The notes beneath the pieces were generated by a model. That model searched no databases, was not told the DNA's origin, and saw only the letters and a program-made list of their open reading frames with translations. Positions 27,448 through 36,577 of a stretch of 64,000 bases of DNA are shown in pieces (the first letter of the stretch is position 1; each line of letters opens with the position of its first letter). Made by a program: the position numbers and the translations under genes. This DNA comes from a virus (taxonomy: Duplodnaviria; Caudoviricetes), in IMG/VR virus record IMGVR_UViG_3300028534_000023, positions 1-64,000 of that record, one strand, 5' to 3'.

Positions 27448-27789
27448 TTATATTTTATACAAATTTAATATTTTGAATGAAGTAGGTTTTGGTTGTATTT
27501 CTAAACAGTAGTCATACTTTAGGCTCGATGCTCCTCGTTTACGTTTAATAAGTGTTATGCTGAATATTACTACAGTTCCGTGGTTTAGTGATAGATTGTT
27601 TGATACTTGTACCCATAAATGGTCTAATTTTATGTTATCGTTGAGGATTATCACACCAGATAAACATAAGGTTCGTCCTTTGTTACCATTTATTTTTGTG
27701 ATTCCGAATTTTTTTACGGTAGCACAACAGTAAATTTTTTTACCTAGCAAGTGTTTTGTTTTTTCGTATCTTTCTGTTGTTTCTATCAT
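27448..27789 (-). CDS. Hypothetical basic protein (possible OB-like fold)
   Basis: 113-aa ORF; TLCLSGV...DHLWV pattern. Confidence 0.65.
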   Translation of the reverse strand: MIETTERYEKTKHLLGKKIYCCATVKKFGITKINGNKGRTLCLSGVIILNDNIKLDHLWVQVSNNLSLNHGTVVIFSITLIKRKRGASSLKYDYCLEIQPKPTSFKILNLYKI

Positions 27790-27798
27790 TACATTTCC

Positions 27799-27966
27799 TT
27801 AATCAAAAACTTTTGTAAACACCCAATAGAACCCTAAAATAAAGCATCCAAAGAATATTACAGGTATTAAAATTGTTGTAAATGCAATAGTAGCTGCATA
27901 AAATAAACTTATACTAAGTATAACTATTATTAACAGTGTTAGAATTGTTAATGTTGAAGCGTTCAT
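27799..27966 (-). CDS. Small two-TM membrane protein (55 aa)
   Basis: SD AAGGA; MNASTLTILTLLIVILSISLFYAATIAFTTILIPVIFFGCFILGFYWVFTKVFD. Confidence 0.65.
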   Translation of the reverse strand: MNASTLTILTLLIIVILSISLFYAATIAFTTILIPVIFFGCFILGFYWVFTKVFD

Positions 27967-27977
27967 AATATTCCTTA

Positions 27978-28283
27978 TTATTTTATGTTATATTTCGTTT
28001 TATAGGCTGTTAGAATTTCGTCTATGTTTTCATTATCATTTTCTTCTACTTTTTCAAACGAAGGCAATATCTTTGGTTCGCTAAATAAAAAGTAGAGAGA
28101 TATTACAGCTGATGCAACAGTAGCTACCAGCATCCCACCTAACGACCCACCAAAGATAACTGTTAATGTTACTAACAGTGATCCATCAAAGAAAGCGTCT
28201 TGAAATCTCTTTTTTTCTATTTTTTTAAATATGATAAGTACATTAAAAGCTGTAGCAAATCCCATTATCAGTGACTGGTCCAT
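27978..28283 (-). CDS. Membrane protein
   Basis: Hydrophobic segments, SD AAGGAG. Confidence 0.75.
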   Translation of the reverse strand: MDQSLIMGFATAFNVLIIFKKIEKKRFQDAFFDGSLLVTLTVIFGGSLGGMLVATVASAVISLYFLFSEPKILPSFEKVEENDNENIDEILTAYKTKYNIK

Positions 28284-28363
28284 AACAGTAAGCTCCTTAA
28301 ATGTTGGTATATACGTGTTACTTTGTTAAACAAAATAACTATGATAGGTTATTACAAATCTCA

Positions 28364-28401
28364 AATAAAAAATAAAAGAGTACCACCATATGGCAGTACC
28401 C
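28364..28401 (-). terminator. Rho-independent terminator after the RNAP gene
   Basis: Minus strand GTACTGCC-ATAT-GGTGGTAC followed by TCTTTTATTTTTT. Confidence 0.75.
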
Positions 28402-28409
28402 TATATTCT

Positions 28410-30185
28410 TTATTTCAAAGCTGTATGACAGGCTTTAAAATTTCTTATTTTATCTACGGCTTTAAAGCATGCCTCAAAGTCTTTATCAGCTTTTTCTCCT
28501 ACAGCTCCTATAGATTCTCTATAATCTGTAAGTACTGCAGTTCTATTTTTATACAGTTTTGTTAAGTTGTCTGCATAAGCTTTCTTAATATGTAATGCCT
28601 TAGAAGGTAATGTTAAAAATGCGTCATGGATTGCAATGACATTACTACCTATATTTAAACAAACATTATCAGCTATTTTACTATCTAAATTATGTACTAA
28701 CCCTGTAGCTGTAAATAGCTTAAATCTTTCATAGTCTGGCACTTCAAGTACTTTGTGCAGATGAAACTTCTTGACAATTTTCTTTTTCTCGTCAAACACT
28801 TCATATACGTGTAGATCTGCCCCTGCAGGTACAAATTTATTTACATACACTTCGTACTGCTCTCCCCAACCATTTACAATATACTTAGGTGTATCTATAC
28901 TTGTATTCTTGATTATAGCATCTTTAAATCTTTTTACTACACCAAACTCACCACTACTAAAAGCCTTTCTTATAGCCAGTACTTCGTCTGGTTGAATGTC
29001 GATACCTGCATCTCTAAGTAGTTTTATAGTACTTTGACTGCTTCCGTAAAATACAGGTGTACCTACCTTCTTAGCTGATAGTCTTCTAACGCCTTCTACT
29101 TCCCAAGCATCTTTTAAATTACCTGCTCTAATTACGTTAGTTTTGTCCAACAGTCTTTCTTCTCCTAACAATACTCCAATGATCTGACCTAGCGACATCG
29201 TAGCATCTAGTTCTATCGGTATATCCCAATAAACTTGACCTACTTCTCTTAATAGATCTAATTTATCATACATGCGTTCCAACCAAATGTACTCATGTAT
29301 TGTTTTTCTGTCTAAACTGTCAGGTAATTCTCTATTTAAAGAAGCTATTACACCACTAAGTACTTTTTCTGCATATCTTTTACGTTTCTTTCCAAGCAAT
29401 TCTGCAATAAAAGCATAAACAGCATTTAACGAATCTTCATCGTGGCTATGTAGTATCTCGCCCTTGTTTAATACTAGACAAGCTCTAGCTCCTTTATCAG
29501 TAATTGGGTTAAATACTCTTTTTAACCCTTTGTATACTGCCCTTCCTCTTTGGTCCAGATATAGACCTTCTAAGTTGAATACTGTGTCTTTACCAGCAGT
29601 TATGACATTTTCTACTACTTGCTCTACTACTTTGCCGAAATGTAAAGTATTATTTATTGACGGGTACTTTTTAAGTATCTTTTTCATAGCATATACAGAA
29701 TTTTCTATTAAATGTTTTTTGTACTTTACTATATAATTTTTATCGTATCTATACGAAACTTGTGAAGACATCAGAAACCCCGGTCTGTTTAACCCTGTTT
29801 CTTTTATACCGTACGGAGTTTTAACTTCTGTGCTTATATCACTCGTAAAGTACTTAGGCATATACTTATTTACAAGTATATGTTTACGATATTCTAAAAT
29901 GCTTGTTTTTCCGTAGTAATCTTCAAGAGTACTTACATTAACACCGAACGAAGCATAAGAGTGTCTTATTTCTGTTACTAACAAGTTATAATGATCTAAC
30001 ACCATCATCAAATCTACTATGTATATTGTACCAAATTCGTCTTCTAACCCTGGTACTGACAATAACTTACCCGTAGCTATACTCCATTCTAATTTATGCA
30101 TTACTTTGTTGAATGTATCTGATCCATAAAACAGTGTATTTAATGCTTTGTCTGAAAATACTGTTTCTATATATTGTACTAACAT
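28410..30185 (-). CDS. Single-subunit T7/N4-RNAPII-type RNA polymerase, one 591-aa chain
   Basis: LDQRGRAVY (DxxGR), PIELDATMS (A), RRLSAKKVGTPVFYG (B), VHNLD, IHDAF (C). Confidence 0.93.
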   Translation of the reverse strand: MLVQYIETVFSDKALNTLFYGSDTFNKVMHKLEWSIATGKLLSVPGLEDEFGTIYIVDLMMVLDHYNLLVTEIRHSYASFGVNVSTLEDYYGKTSILEYRKHILVNKYMPKYFTSDISTEVKTPYGIKETGLNRPGFLMSSQVSYRYDKNYIVKYKKHLIENSVYAMKKILKKYPSINNTLHFGKVVEQVVENVITAGKDTVFNLEGLYLDQRGRAVYKGLKRVFNPITDKGARACLVLNKGEILHSHDEDSLNAVYAFIAELLGKKRKRYAEKVLSGVIASLNRELPDSLDRKTIHEYIWLERMYDKLDLLREVGQVYWDIPIELDATMSLGQIIGVLLGEERLLDKTNVIRAGNLKDAWEVEGVRRLSAKKVGTPVFYGSSQSTIKLLRDAGIDIQPDEVLAIRKAFSSGEFGVVKRFKDAIIKNTSIDTPKYIVNGWGEQYEVYVNKFVPAGADLHVYEVFDEKKKIVKKFHLHKVLEVPDYERFKLFTATGLVHNLDSKIADNVCLNIGSNVIAIHDAFLTLPSKALHIKKAYADNLTKLYKNRTAVLTDYRESIGAVGEKADKDFEACFKAVDKIRNFKACHTALK

Positions 30186-30230
30186 CTTCTTGTCTCCTTA
30201 TTTATAAATTATTTTATTGTATAAGAGAGC

Positions 30231-30833
30231 CTATACTAGCTCTCTTTGACGTTTTAATGACGCTTCTCTTTGCATCTGTACTTCTATAACTTTGTCCATA
30301 ATGCGTCTTTCTTCATCTTCCCAGTCTACTTCAGGTACTTCTACAATACTCAAGTTTAACTGATCTGCAATAATTGCTATAAGTAATTGCAGTTTTTCGT
30401 AATCTTGGGGATTACCTTCTATTACAACACCTTCATCATCCAGAAAACTGTGGTATCCGTACGCACCATTAATATCCAGTAGTGTATCTACATCTACACC
30501 TTTCTTTTCAAGCAGGTCTTTTACTATTGTAAAATTTGTTTCTATAAGCTCTTGATCCCACTGACCTACTACTGGGTTGTTTGCTATTTTAGACAATAAC
30601 ACAAGTAAGCCAACAACTTTACCTTGTGCTGCTTTCTTTGCAGTTTTGATACGCTTTTCTACTGTTGTTACATCAGCTTCAATAGCTATTGCAACTTCTC
30701 TTACCAAGTTTTCTAATGCCTTTACATCAGCCAGCTGCATAGATAAATCGATACCTGCAGTGCTTTCTAGTAGTGCTCTTCTTTTTTCTGCCAACTCTTG
30801 TTTTCTTTGTTCAACTCTCTCTTGAAATGTCAT
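30231..30833 (-). CDS. Early hypothetical protein
   Basis: 200-aa ORF, SD AAGGA. Confidence 0.8.
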   Translation of the reverse strand: MTFQERVEQRKQELAEKRRALLESTAGIDLSMQLADVKALENLVREVAIAIEADVTTVEKRIKTAKKAAQGKVVGLLVLLSKIANNPVVGQWDQELIETNFTIVKDLLEKKGVDVDTLLDINGAYGYHSFLDDEGVVIEGNPQDYEKLQLLIAIIADQLNLSIVEVPEVDWEDEERRIMDKVIEVQMQREASLKRQRELV

Positions 30834-30870
30834 GTTCTTTCCTTTGAAATTTATTTAGAACCTGTATAGG

Positions 30871-30905
30871 CTCTTTAGAACAGTAGAATTTACTGCTCTA
30901 AGAGA
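30871..30905. terminator. Long hairpin in the early region
   Basis: TTAGAACAGTA-GAATT-TACTGCTCTAA, flanked by CTCT/GAG. Confidence 0.5.
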
Positions 30906-31001
30906 CTATGTATCTATATCATTTGACACTATTACTAACGTAATAGCTACAATCAGAATAACTAAAATTTGACACATAATTATTTTACTTTGTACATCCA
31001 T
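30906..31001 (-). CDS. Small membrane peptide (31 aa)
   Basis: SD AGGAG; MDVQSKIIMCQILVILIVAITLVIVSNDIDT. Confidence 0.55.
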   Translation of the reverse strand: MDVQSKIIMCQILVILIVAITLVIVSNDIDT

Positions 31002-31305
31002 CAGTAATCTCCTAATTCTAAATTCACACTATGTATATAGCTCCTATTATAATAAAAGTTTTTGTGTATTGCAAGTAGTCACCCAATACCATAAAAATAT
31101 TTACTGTCTGTTTACCAAATCGTCCAAACAATATATATATTATATATACTATACTGCTGTATTGGTAATTAATGAATCTGTATAAAACATACAAAAACGT
31201 CCATTTCTGTACTATCGTTCTTTAATACGGATTAAATCTGGACTGATACACTTGAATTATGTACAAAAATAGTATATAATATTGAGAATTTAAAGGAGTT
31301 AAAAT

Positions 31306-32004
31306 ATGGAGTACACTATAACTAAAAAGCTTAAAGCAGGTAAAACTTTCCCTGTAAACCAAAACTTGGCTGGAATAGTACCTATGGCTACAGAAGATGA
31401 GCAAGCTTTACTTACTGATGATATAAAACAGAATGGTTTAATACATCCTATAGTACTGTACAAAGGACAGGTTGTTGATGGAAGGTGTAGACAAAAAGCT
31501 TGTCTTACTCTTAGCATACCTGTAGAAGCCGTTGATCTTGATGACAGTCTATCTGAGGATGATGTTAAAACATATGTCAAAGCAGTTAACACTAGAAGAA
31601 ACTTGACTAAATCACAACAAGCTATGATTGCAGGTAGAGAAAGTTTAAAACCAGGACATACACTATCTGCTGAAGCCAAAGCTTGGGGAATTGGTAGATC
31701 TGTTGTAGCTAATGCTAAATGGTTATGGAAAAACTACAATGATGTAGCACAACAGCTATTTGATGGCAAGGTAGTGCCTATAGGAGATAAACTTACTACT
31801 TCTAGGGTTACTGTTGCCTATGCTTATTATAAGTCATTGTCTGAAAATGTTAAAGAAAACATTGAGCACGGTTTTGAAGAAGGTACAGTAATTAAAACAC
31901 AGGCTGGAAAAGAGTGGTACTATAAACAAGTAAAAAACTTACATGATGATGTTAGAGTAAAAATACTTTTAGCTGAACTAGCTAACTATAAGTTCAGTAG
32001 GTAA
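31306..32004 (+). CDS. ParB/sulfiredoxin N-terminal domain protein with HTH
   Basis: LTDDIKQNGLIHPIVLYKGQVVDGRCR...NTRRNLTKSQQAM; TATAAT 31275-80 and SD AAGGAG. Confidence 0.85.
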   Translation: MEYTITKKLKAGKTFPVNQNLAGIVPMATEDEQALLTDDIKQNGLIHPIVLYKGQVVDGRCRQKACLTLSIPVEAVDLDDSLSEDDVKTYVKAVNTRRNLTKSQQAMIAGRESLKPGHTLSAEAKAWGIGRSVVANAKWLWKNYNDVAQQLFDGKVVPIGDKLTTSRVTVAYAYYKSLSENVKENIEHGFEEGTVIKTQAGKEWYYKQVKNLHDDVRVKILLAELANYKFSR

Positions 32005-32028
32005 GTTCTTTGTTACACAAAAATAAAT

Positions 32029-32054
32029 AAGTACCCGACTTTAATCGAGTACTT
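32029..32054. terminator. Hairpin between convergent genes
   Basis: AAGTACCCGA-CTTTAA-TCGAGTACTT. Confidence 0.6.
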
Positions 32055-32274
32055 GTAGTTTTTTACGTTTGGTTGGAGCTGCAATCTCTAACCCTAACAT
32101 TATGTTTACTATCGCAGTTGCAGTAACTGCATATGTTTTGTCGTTTATTTTTACTTTATACCCATTTTGTTTTAGGTTGTTTAGTACATCTGTTCTGCTA
32201 AGACCTTCTCTAAACCATCTTATAGCTAACCATTGGTGTAATGCATCACCTGCTTCTGTTTTTATTATAGTCAT
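32041..32274 (-). CDS. Small early protein (possible HTH)
   Basis: 77-aa ORF, SD AAGGAG. Confidence 0.7.
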   Translation of the reverse strand: MTIIKTEAGDALHQWLAIRWFREGLSRTDVLNNLKQNGYKVKINDKTYAVTATAIVNIMLGLEIAAPTKRKKLQVLD

Positions 32275-32364
32275 AACTATCTCCTTATTTATAAATTTTA
32301 TCCTATTCTAATAAAAGCTAGTTCTTTCTTATTTGTGTAATGTGTAAAAAATAAACTAGACTCC

Positions 32365-32625
32365 CTACAGGGAATCTAATAAGTCTTTCATGAATTGTTC
32401 TTTTACAGCTTTCTGCAATTCTTTTTTATTTGCCGTCAATACTTCTAACTCTGCTTCTCGAATTAGTCTTGACTTAACAAGCTCATGCTCTGCATCCTCT
32501 TCGAAGTTTTTAGCGTATTTACTAACCCCTAACACTACACTATCTACCATTCCTACAGTTGTATCTACTGCACCTAAACCTTTTACCAGCGTATTCTCTA
32601 CGCTTTTAGTTAATTTGTTTGCCAT
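32365..32625 (-). CDS. First early-strand hypothetical protein
   Basis: 86-aa ORF, SD AAGGA. Confidence 0.75.
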   Translation of the reverse strand: MANKLTKSVENTLVKGLGAVDTTVGMVDSVVLGVSKYAKNFEEDAEHELVKSRLIREAELEVLTANKKELQKAVKEQFMKDLLDSL

Positions 32626-32738
32626 TACAGGTCCTTATTTTTAATGTACATATTTTTATATGCCTGTTATAATAAAAGTGGGGGGGCTATTGTGTAATGT
32701 GTATTGTGTGGTGTGTACTACAAAACCCTCAGAAAATT

Positions 32739-32747
32739 TGTTATAAT
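32739..32747 (+). promoter_or_regulatory. Extended -10 promoter TGTTATAAT, 6 nt before the GGDEF ATG
   Basis: TGnTATAAT consensus; no SD before ATG 32754. Confidence 0.7.
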
Positions 32748-32753
32748 TCCTAT

Positions 32754-33182
32754 ATGAATTGCAAAAAATGTGAAGAACTGTTAAATAAGTACAGGTATGA
32801 CTCGCTTACTGGTATGAAGTTAAGACATGACTATGAAGAGGAGATACAGAAACTATTAGATAACGATATAAAGTTTTATTATGTTCTATGGGATGTAAAT
32901 AACTTACATAAAGTTAATCGTGATCTTGGGTATTCTGCTGGTGATAAGTTAATAAAAATGTGTTCTAATATAATAAAAGATACAGATTTTCTGATAGAGT
33001 GTTACCGTATAGGTGGTGATGAGTTTGTTTCTACTCACAGTAACAACCCTGTACTAATACCTAACAAATTGATGACATCTGTAACTGTGTTAAGTGGTAC
33101 AGCTAACTCTGTATCTGAGTTAGTTGACATAGCAGATGTACTGCTTACTAAAAGTAAATACCGTAGACGTAGTGATAGGTAA
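32754..33182 (+). CDS. Stand-alone GGDEF (diguanylate-cyclase-like) protein, 142 aa
   Basis: DSLTG, WDVNNLHKVNRDLGYSAGDKLI, YRIGGDEF, ELVDIAD..L.K.K. Confidence 0.9.
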   Translation: MNCKKCEELLNKYRYDSLTGMKLRHDYEEEIQKLLDNDIKFYYVLWDVNNLHKVNRDLGYSAGDKLIKMCSNIIKDTDFLIECYRIGGDEFVSTHSNNPVLIPNKLMTSVTVLSGTANSVSELVDIADVLLTKSKYRRRSDR

Positions 33183-33185
33183 ATA

Positions 33186-33194
33186 TGCTATAAT
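33186..33194 (+). promoter_or_regulatory. Extended -10 promoter TGCTATAAT
   Basis: AATATGCTATAAT is identical to 35904-35916. Confidence 0.75.
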
Positions 33195-33223
33195 TGACTT
33201 AATATAAATATTGGAGGTATTTT

Positions 33224-33964
33224 ATGGCAGGTAGTGACTATATACCAATGTCTAAAATTATAGCACCTAAACCACTTGGGATAACTAGAGAAGAGCTACA
33301 GAGTCGTATGCCTAAAGGATCTAGTGCTAAAATAACTGATGAAATAATTGCATTGCTTAATTCTATGGAAGATGACACTGGACTAGATCAAGGATTGCTT
33401 GAGGAACAGTTTCTATCTAACTTACATCTTATAGAAAATACTACGTTTAAGAAACTTATAGCTGCAGTAAAATTCGTAAACTTGAAAAGATTTATGGAAA
33501 ACAAAGATGCTTACTCTATAGTGTTTAGAGAAAAATATAATAGGTTGATAGCAGAAGGCAGGGATGTAAACAATTATGTATCTATGTATAATAGATCTCC
33601 ACTTATTGTAGAAATAGAAAAAAAGACAATACTACCTGCTCATTTAGAGTATAGTAAAACTAGGCACAATATGATAATGAGACTAGAGTCTCTAGCCAAT
33701 GGTGTGTGTGCTAATGGAGGAAAAGTCAGTCCTATGGTGCAAGCAACTGCAGCGTCTAAATTATTAGACCAGCTAGCAATCCCTGCTGAACATACAGTAA
33801 ACTTAAATTTCGGGCTTACTGATAAAGCAGTTAGTGTACAAGAACGTCTTATAGAACAACTAAATACAATGACAGAGAAACAATACAATGAACTTATAAG
33901 TGGGGCTGATTTGAACGATGTGCAGCAGTTAGGTATTAATGTTATTGATACAGAAACAGTGTAA
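33224..33964 (+). CDS. N4 gp69-like protein (putative terminase small subunit)
   Basis: AVKFV...NKDAYSIVF...YVSMYNRSPLIV...AASKLLDQL; precedes the large terminase; SD GGAGG. Confidence 0.75.
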   Translation: MAGSDYIPMSKIIAPKPLGITREELQSRMPKGSSAKITDEIIALLNSMEDDTGLDQGLLEEQFLSNLHLIENTTFKKLIAAVKFVNLKRFMENKDAYSIVFREKYNRLIAEGRDVNNYVSMYNRSPLIVEIEKKTILPAHLEYSKTRHNMIMRLESLANGVCANGGKVSPMVQATAASKLLDQLAIPAEHTVNLNFGLTDKAVSVQERLIEQLNTMTEKQYNELISGADLNDVQQLGINVIDTETV

Positions 33965-33978
33965 CTGGTGATACGCAT

Positions 33979-35898
33979 ATGAGTAATAATATTACGGCAA
34001 TCGCTGACGACGACACACTTTATAGTACGTTGTCTGACGATGTAAATCCTAGTGACATAGAAAGAGTCAATAATACAATAAAAAATAATGAAAATTCTTA
34101 TACTTTTGACTTAGACAAAGCGCTTGACACTTATGATCCTACATTTCCTAGATACACTCCTAGCAAAAATGCACTAGAATACTTTAACATAATGCGTCTA
34201 GTACAAGGCAAGGATTTTGAGTTCAACACACCAAAAGCCCATTACTTTATGGCTGATTTATTACTAAATGAGATTACTGATCCTATGGTGTTTCCATACA
34301 GTGAAGAAGTCTGTAAGACAATATCTATAGATACGTTACGTCTAGCTTTTATGGAGAGCAGGGGTATGTCTAAATCAACTGTAGTAGTGTCTTTCTTTGG
34401 TGTATACAGTGCCATAAAAGGAGAACTACCTAACGGTATAGGAAAAGTATATTTTTATCTTGTTGTAGCAGCAGCAAGTAAAGGTGGTGCTAGAGTAAAT
34501 GCCTTAGCCGTAAGAGCTATGTGTGAAGACAGTCCTTTTATAAAGGAATACTTTGAAGAAGTACGATTTACTGAAAGTGAAAGTGAGTTTGTACGTAGAG
34601 GATCTTCACCAAAAAAAGATCGTAGCTTCTTGTTAAGATACCAAGGTATAAGTACAGGTATCCGTGGTGTTAGGTACGGTGAACGTAGACCATGTGCGAT
34701 AATATTTGACGACATTATACTTAATGAGGCTGCAGCTTATTCAGTAACTGTGTCAAAGGCTCTTAAAACAGCTGTAGCATCTGACGCAGTATCTGCGCTA
34801 AAAGGTGGAGGTAAAGGAAGGATAATAAACTGTTTTACCCCTTTTCATTATGAAGATGTTAATACTTCTCTTATTATGACAGGTGCTTATACTCCTTGTG
34901 TTATACCTATAGCAAAGACGTTCGATATACCTAAAACTGTTTTTGCAGCTAGAAAAAATCTACTATCGTCAAACATAGAGAGCAGCTGGGAGTCGATGCA
35001 TCCAAGCAATAGTATACGTGCTATGGTAATATCAGCTATGCAAGCAAAAGAGTTACGAAGTTTTTTACAAGAAAGAATGTTACGGTTATCATCAGATTCT
35101 GATAGGCTTGTTTCAGACTCGTCTATACAGTACTTCGACTTAAATGATGTATTAAGAAAAAAAGAAAACTACCACATATACATTACTACTGACTTCACTA
35201 CTACTTCAGGTACTGCTAGTGACTTTAGTGGAACTGCGTCATGGGCTGTAGGTAGTGATGACAAGTGGTATTTACTTAATGTAATATTGTCAAAGCGTGA
35301 CATGAAAACTCAGTATGAAGATACACTTAACGAAGCTATCAGATGGAGCAGCTATGGGTCACATACAGAAATAGGTATTGAAGTAGACGGCAATCAAAGA
35401 GCGCATTTATACAGCATGCGTAAATTGATGGAAGAGCGTAATACAGTATTTCCTTTATCAAGAGACAAATACACAAAACATCCAGAAGGTGGTGTATTGA
35501 GTAGAGGGTCTGGTGTAGGCAAACATGAGAGGTTCCGTATAGCTGTTCACCAATTATTCAATACACGTAGAATATTTTTTGCAAGACAGTTAATAGATAC
35601 TCAAGATTTTACGGAGTTTCTTGCACAAATAAGGGGAGCTACTCACGCAACATTTACAAGATCTGATGATGCCCCTGACCTTATAACAATGCTAACAGTA
35701 ATAGATTATATACTCCCTGACAAAAAAGGCAATGTATTATCTGATATGAGTTATACAGGTTCTTCATACATGTATGAAAAAGATGACGAAGAAGATGTTT
35801 TAAATTCTAACAATCCGTACGGTATGTATGGTGACACCGATAATATTAATGAAGCTACTAATTTTGACGATGATTTTTCTAATAATTACTGGTTTTAG
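33979..35898 (+). CDS. Terminase large subunit (N4 gp68-like)
   Basis: ESRGMSKST, IIFDDI, TTDFT, SDDAPD nuclease motif. Confidence 0.92.
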   Translation: MSNNITAIADDDTLYSTLSDDVNPSDIERVNNTIKNNENSYTFDLDKALDTYDPTFPRYTPSKNALEYFNIMRLVQGKDFEFNTPKAHYFMADLLLNEITDPMVFPYSEEVCKTISIDTLRLAFMESRGMSKSTVVVSFFGVYSAIKGELPNGIGKVYFYLVVAAASKGGARVNALAVRAMCEDSPFIKEYFEEVRFTESESEFVRRGSSPKKDRSFLLRYQGISTGIRGVRYGERRPCAIIFDDIILNEAAAYSVTVSKALKTAVASDAVSALKGGGKGRIINCFTPFHYEDVNTSLIMTGAYTPCVIPIAKTFDIPKTVFAARKNLLSSNIESSWESMHPSNSIRAMVISAMQAKELRSFLQERMLRLSSDSDRLVSDSSIQYFDLNDVLRKKENYHIYITTDFTTTSGTASDFSGTASWAVGSDDKWYLLNVILSKRDMKTQYEDTLNEAIRWSSYGSHTEIGIEVDGNQRAHLYSMRKLMEERNTVFPLSRDKYTKHPEGGVLSRGSGVGKHERFRIAVHQLFNTRRIFFARQLIDTQDFTEFLAQIRGATHATFTRSDDAPDLITMLTVIDYILPDKKGNVLSDMSYTGSSYMYEKDDEEDVLNSNNPYGMYGDTDNINEATNFDDDFSNNYWF

Positions 35899-35907
35899 CT
35901 TGCAATA

Positions 35908-35916
35908 TGCTATAAT
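35908..35916 (+). promoter_or_regulatory. Extended -10 promoter TGCTATAAT
   Basis: Consensus match, intergenic. Confidence 0.75.
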
Positions 35917-35947
35917 ACTAAATCTAATATTATAGGTGTAAATAAGT

Positions 35948-36577
35948 ATGACATACCAACAATTTATAGACATGGCAAAAGCAGGTGAATTAAAATCTTT
36001 AGCTATTAAAACAGATACTGAAGCTATATTATCATTTGTTAATTTAGGTCTTTTAGAGTTATATAAAAGATTTCCTATAAAAACTGTAGAACATATAGTT
36101 GAGTATGACGAGAATAATATTACACAAGAATATAAAATGCCTGCTGATTACATGTGGTTAGTAGCTGCTTATTGTGAAGTACCTTCAAATTATTCTGACA
36201 ACACTATGTCACTTCCTATTAACAGTGTAGACGATCCTTACACTGTAAACACTGTAAGTTATAATACAATACAGATACCTATGATGGCTTCGCAGGAACG
36301 TGTATCGCTAATATACGCTGCTTCTCCAGACATTGTTACAGAAACTGACATATTATCTGAGTTAGATTTACCTATACCACCTCAACTTATAGACTCGCTA
36401 ATGTTATATGTAGCGTATAAAGCAAATGATACTGTTGCTGGCAATAAAACAGATATAGAAAGCAATGTACATTATACTAGATACGAATTAAGTATAAAAC
36501 GTGTAGTGGCTGAAGGTATGTTTAATGAAGAGAGCTTAGATATGTCTGGAAGACTTTATCAAAAAGGATTTATATAA
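35948..36577 (+). CDS. Head-tail adaptor (N4 gp67-like)
   Basis: GELKSL...NLGLLELYKRFPIK...LMLYVAYK; synteny. Confidence 0.8.
   Translation: MTYQQFIDMAKAGELKSLAIKTDTEAILSFVNLGLLELYKRFPIKTVEHIVEYDENNITQEYKMPADYMWLVAAYCEVPSNYSDNTMSLPINSVDDPYTVNTVSYNTIQIPMMASQERVSLIYAASPDIVTETDILSELDLPIPPQLIDSLMLYVAYKANDTVAGNKTDIESNVHYTRYELSIKRVVAEGMFNEESLDMSGRLYQKGFI

Noticed and set aside
32358-32381. Hairpin TAGACTCCCT-AC-AGGGAATCTA as an N4 vRNAP promoter
   Set aside because: It lacks the 3-nt purine loop geometry, overlaps a stop codon and is more likely a terminator
32697-32753. Longer GGDEF start at 32697 (MCIVWCVL...)
   Set aside because: No SD, and it would span the promoter box; ATG 32754 fits the extended -10 spacing
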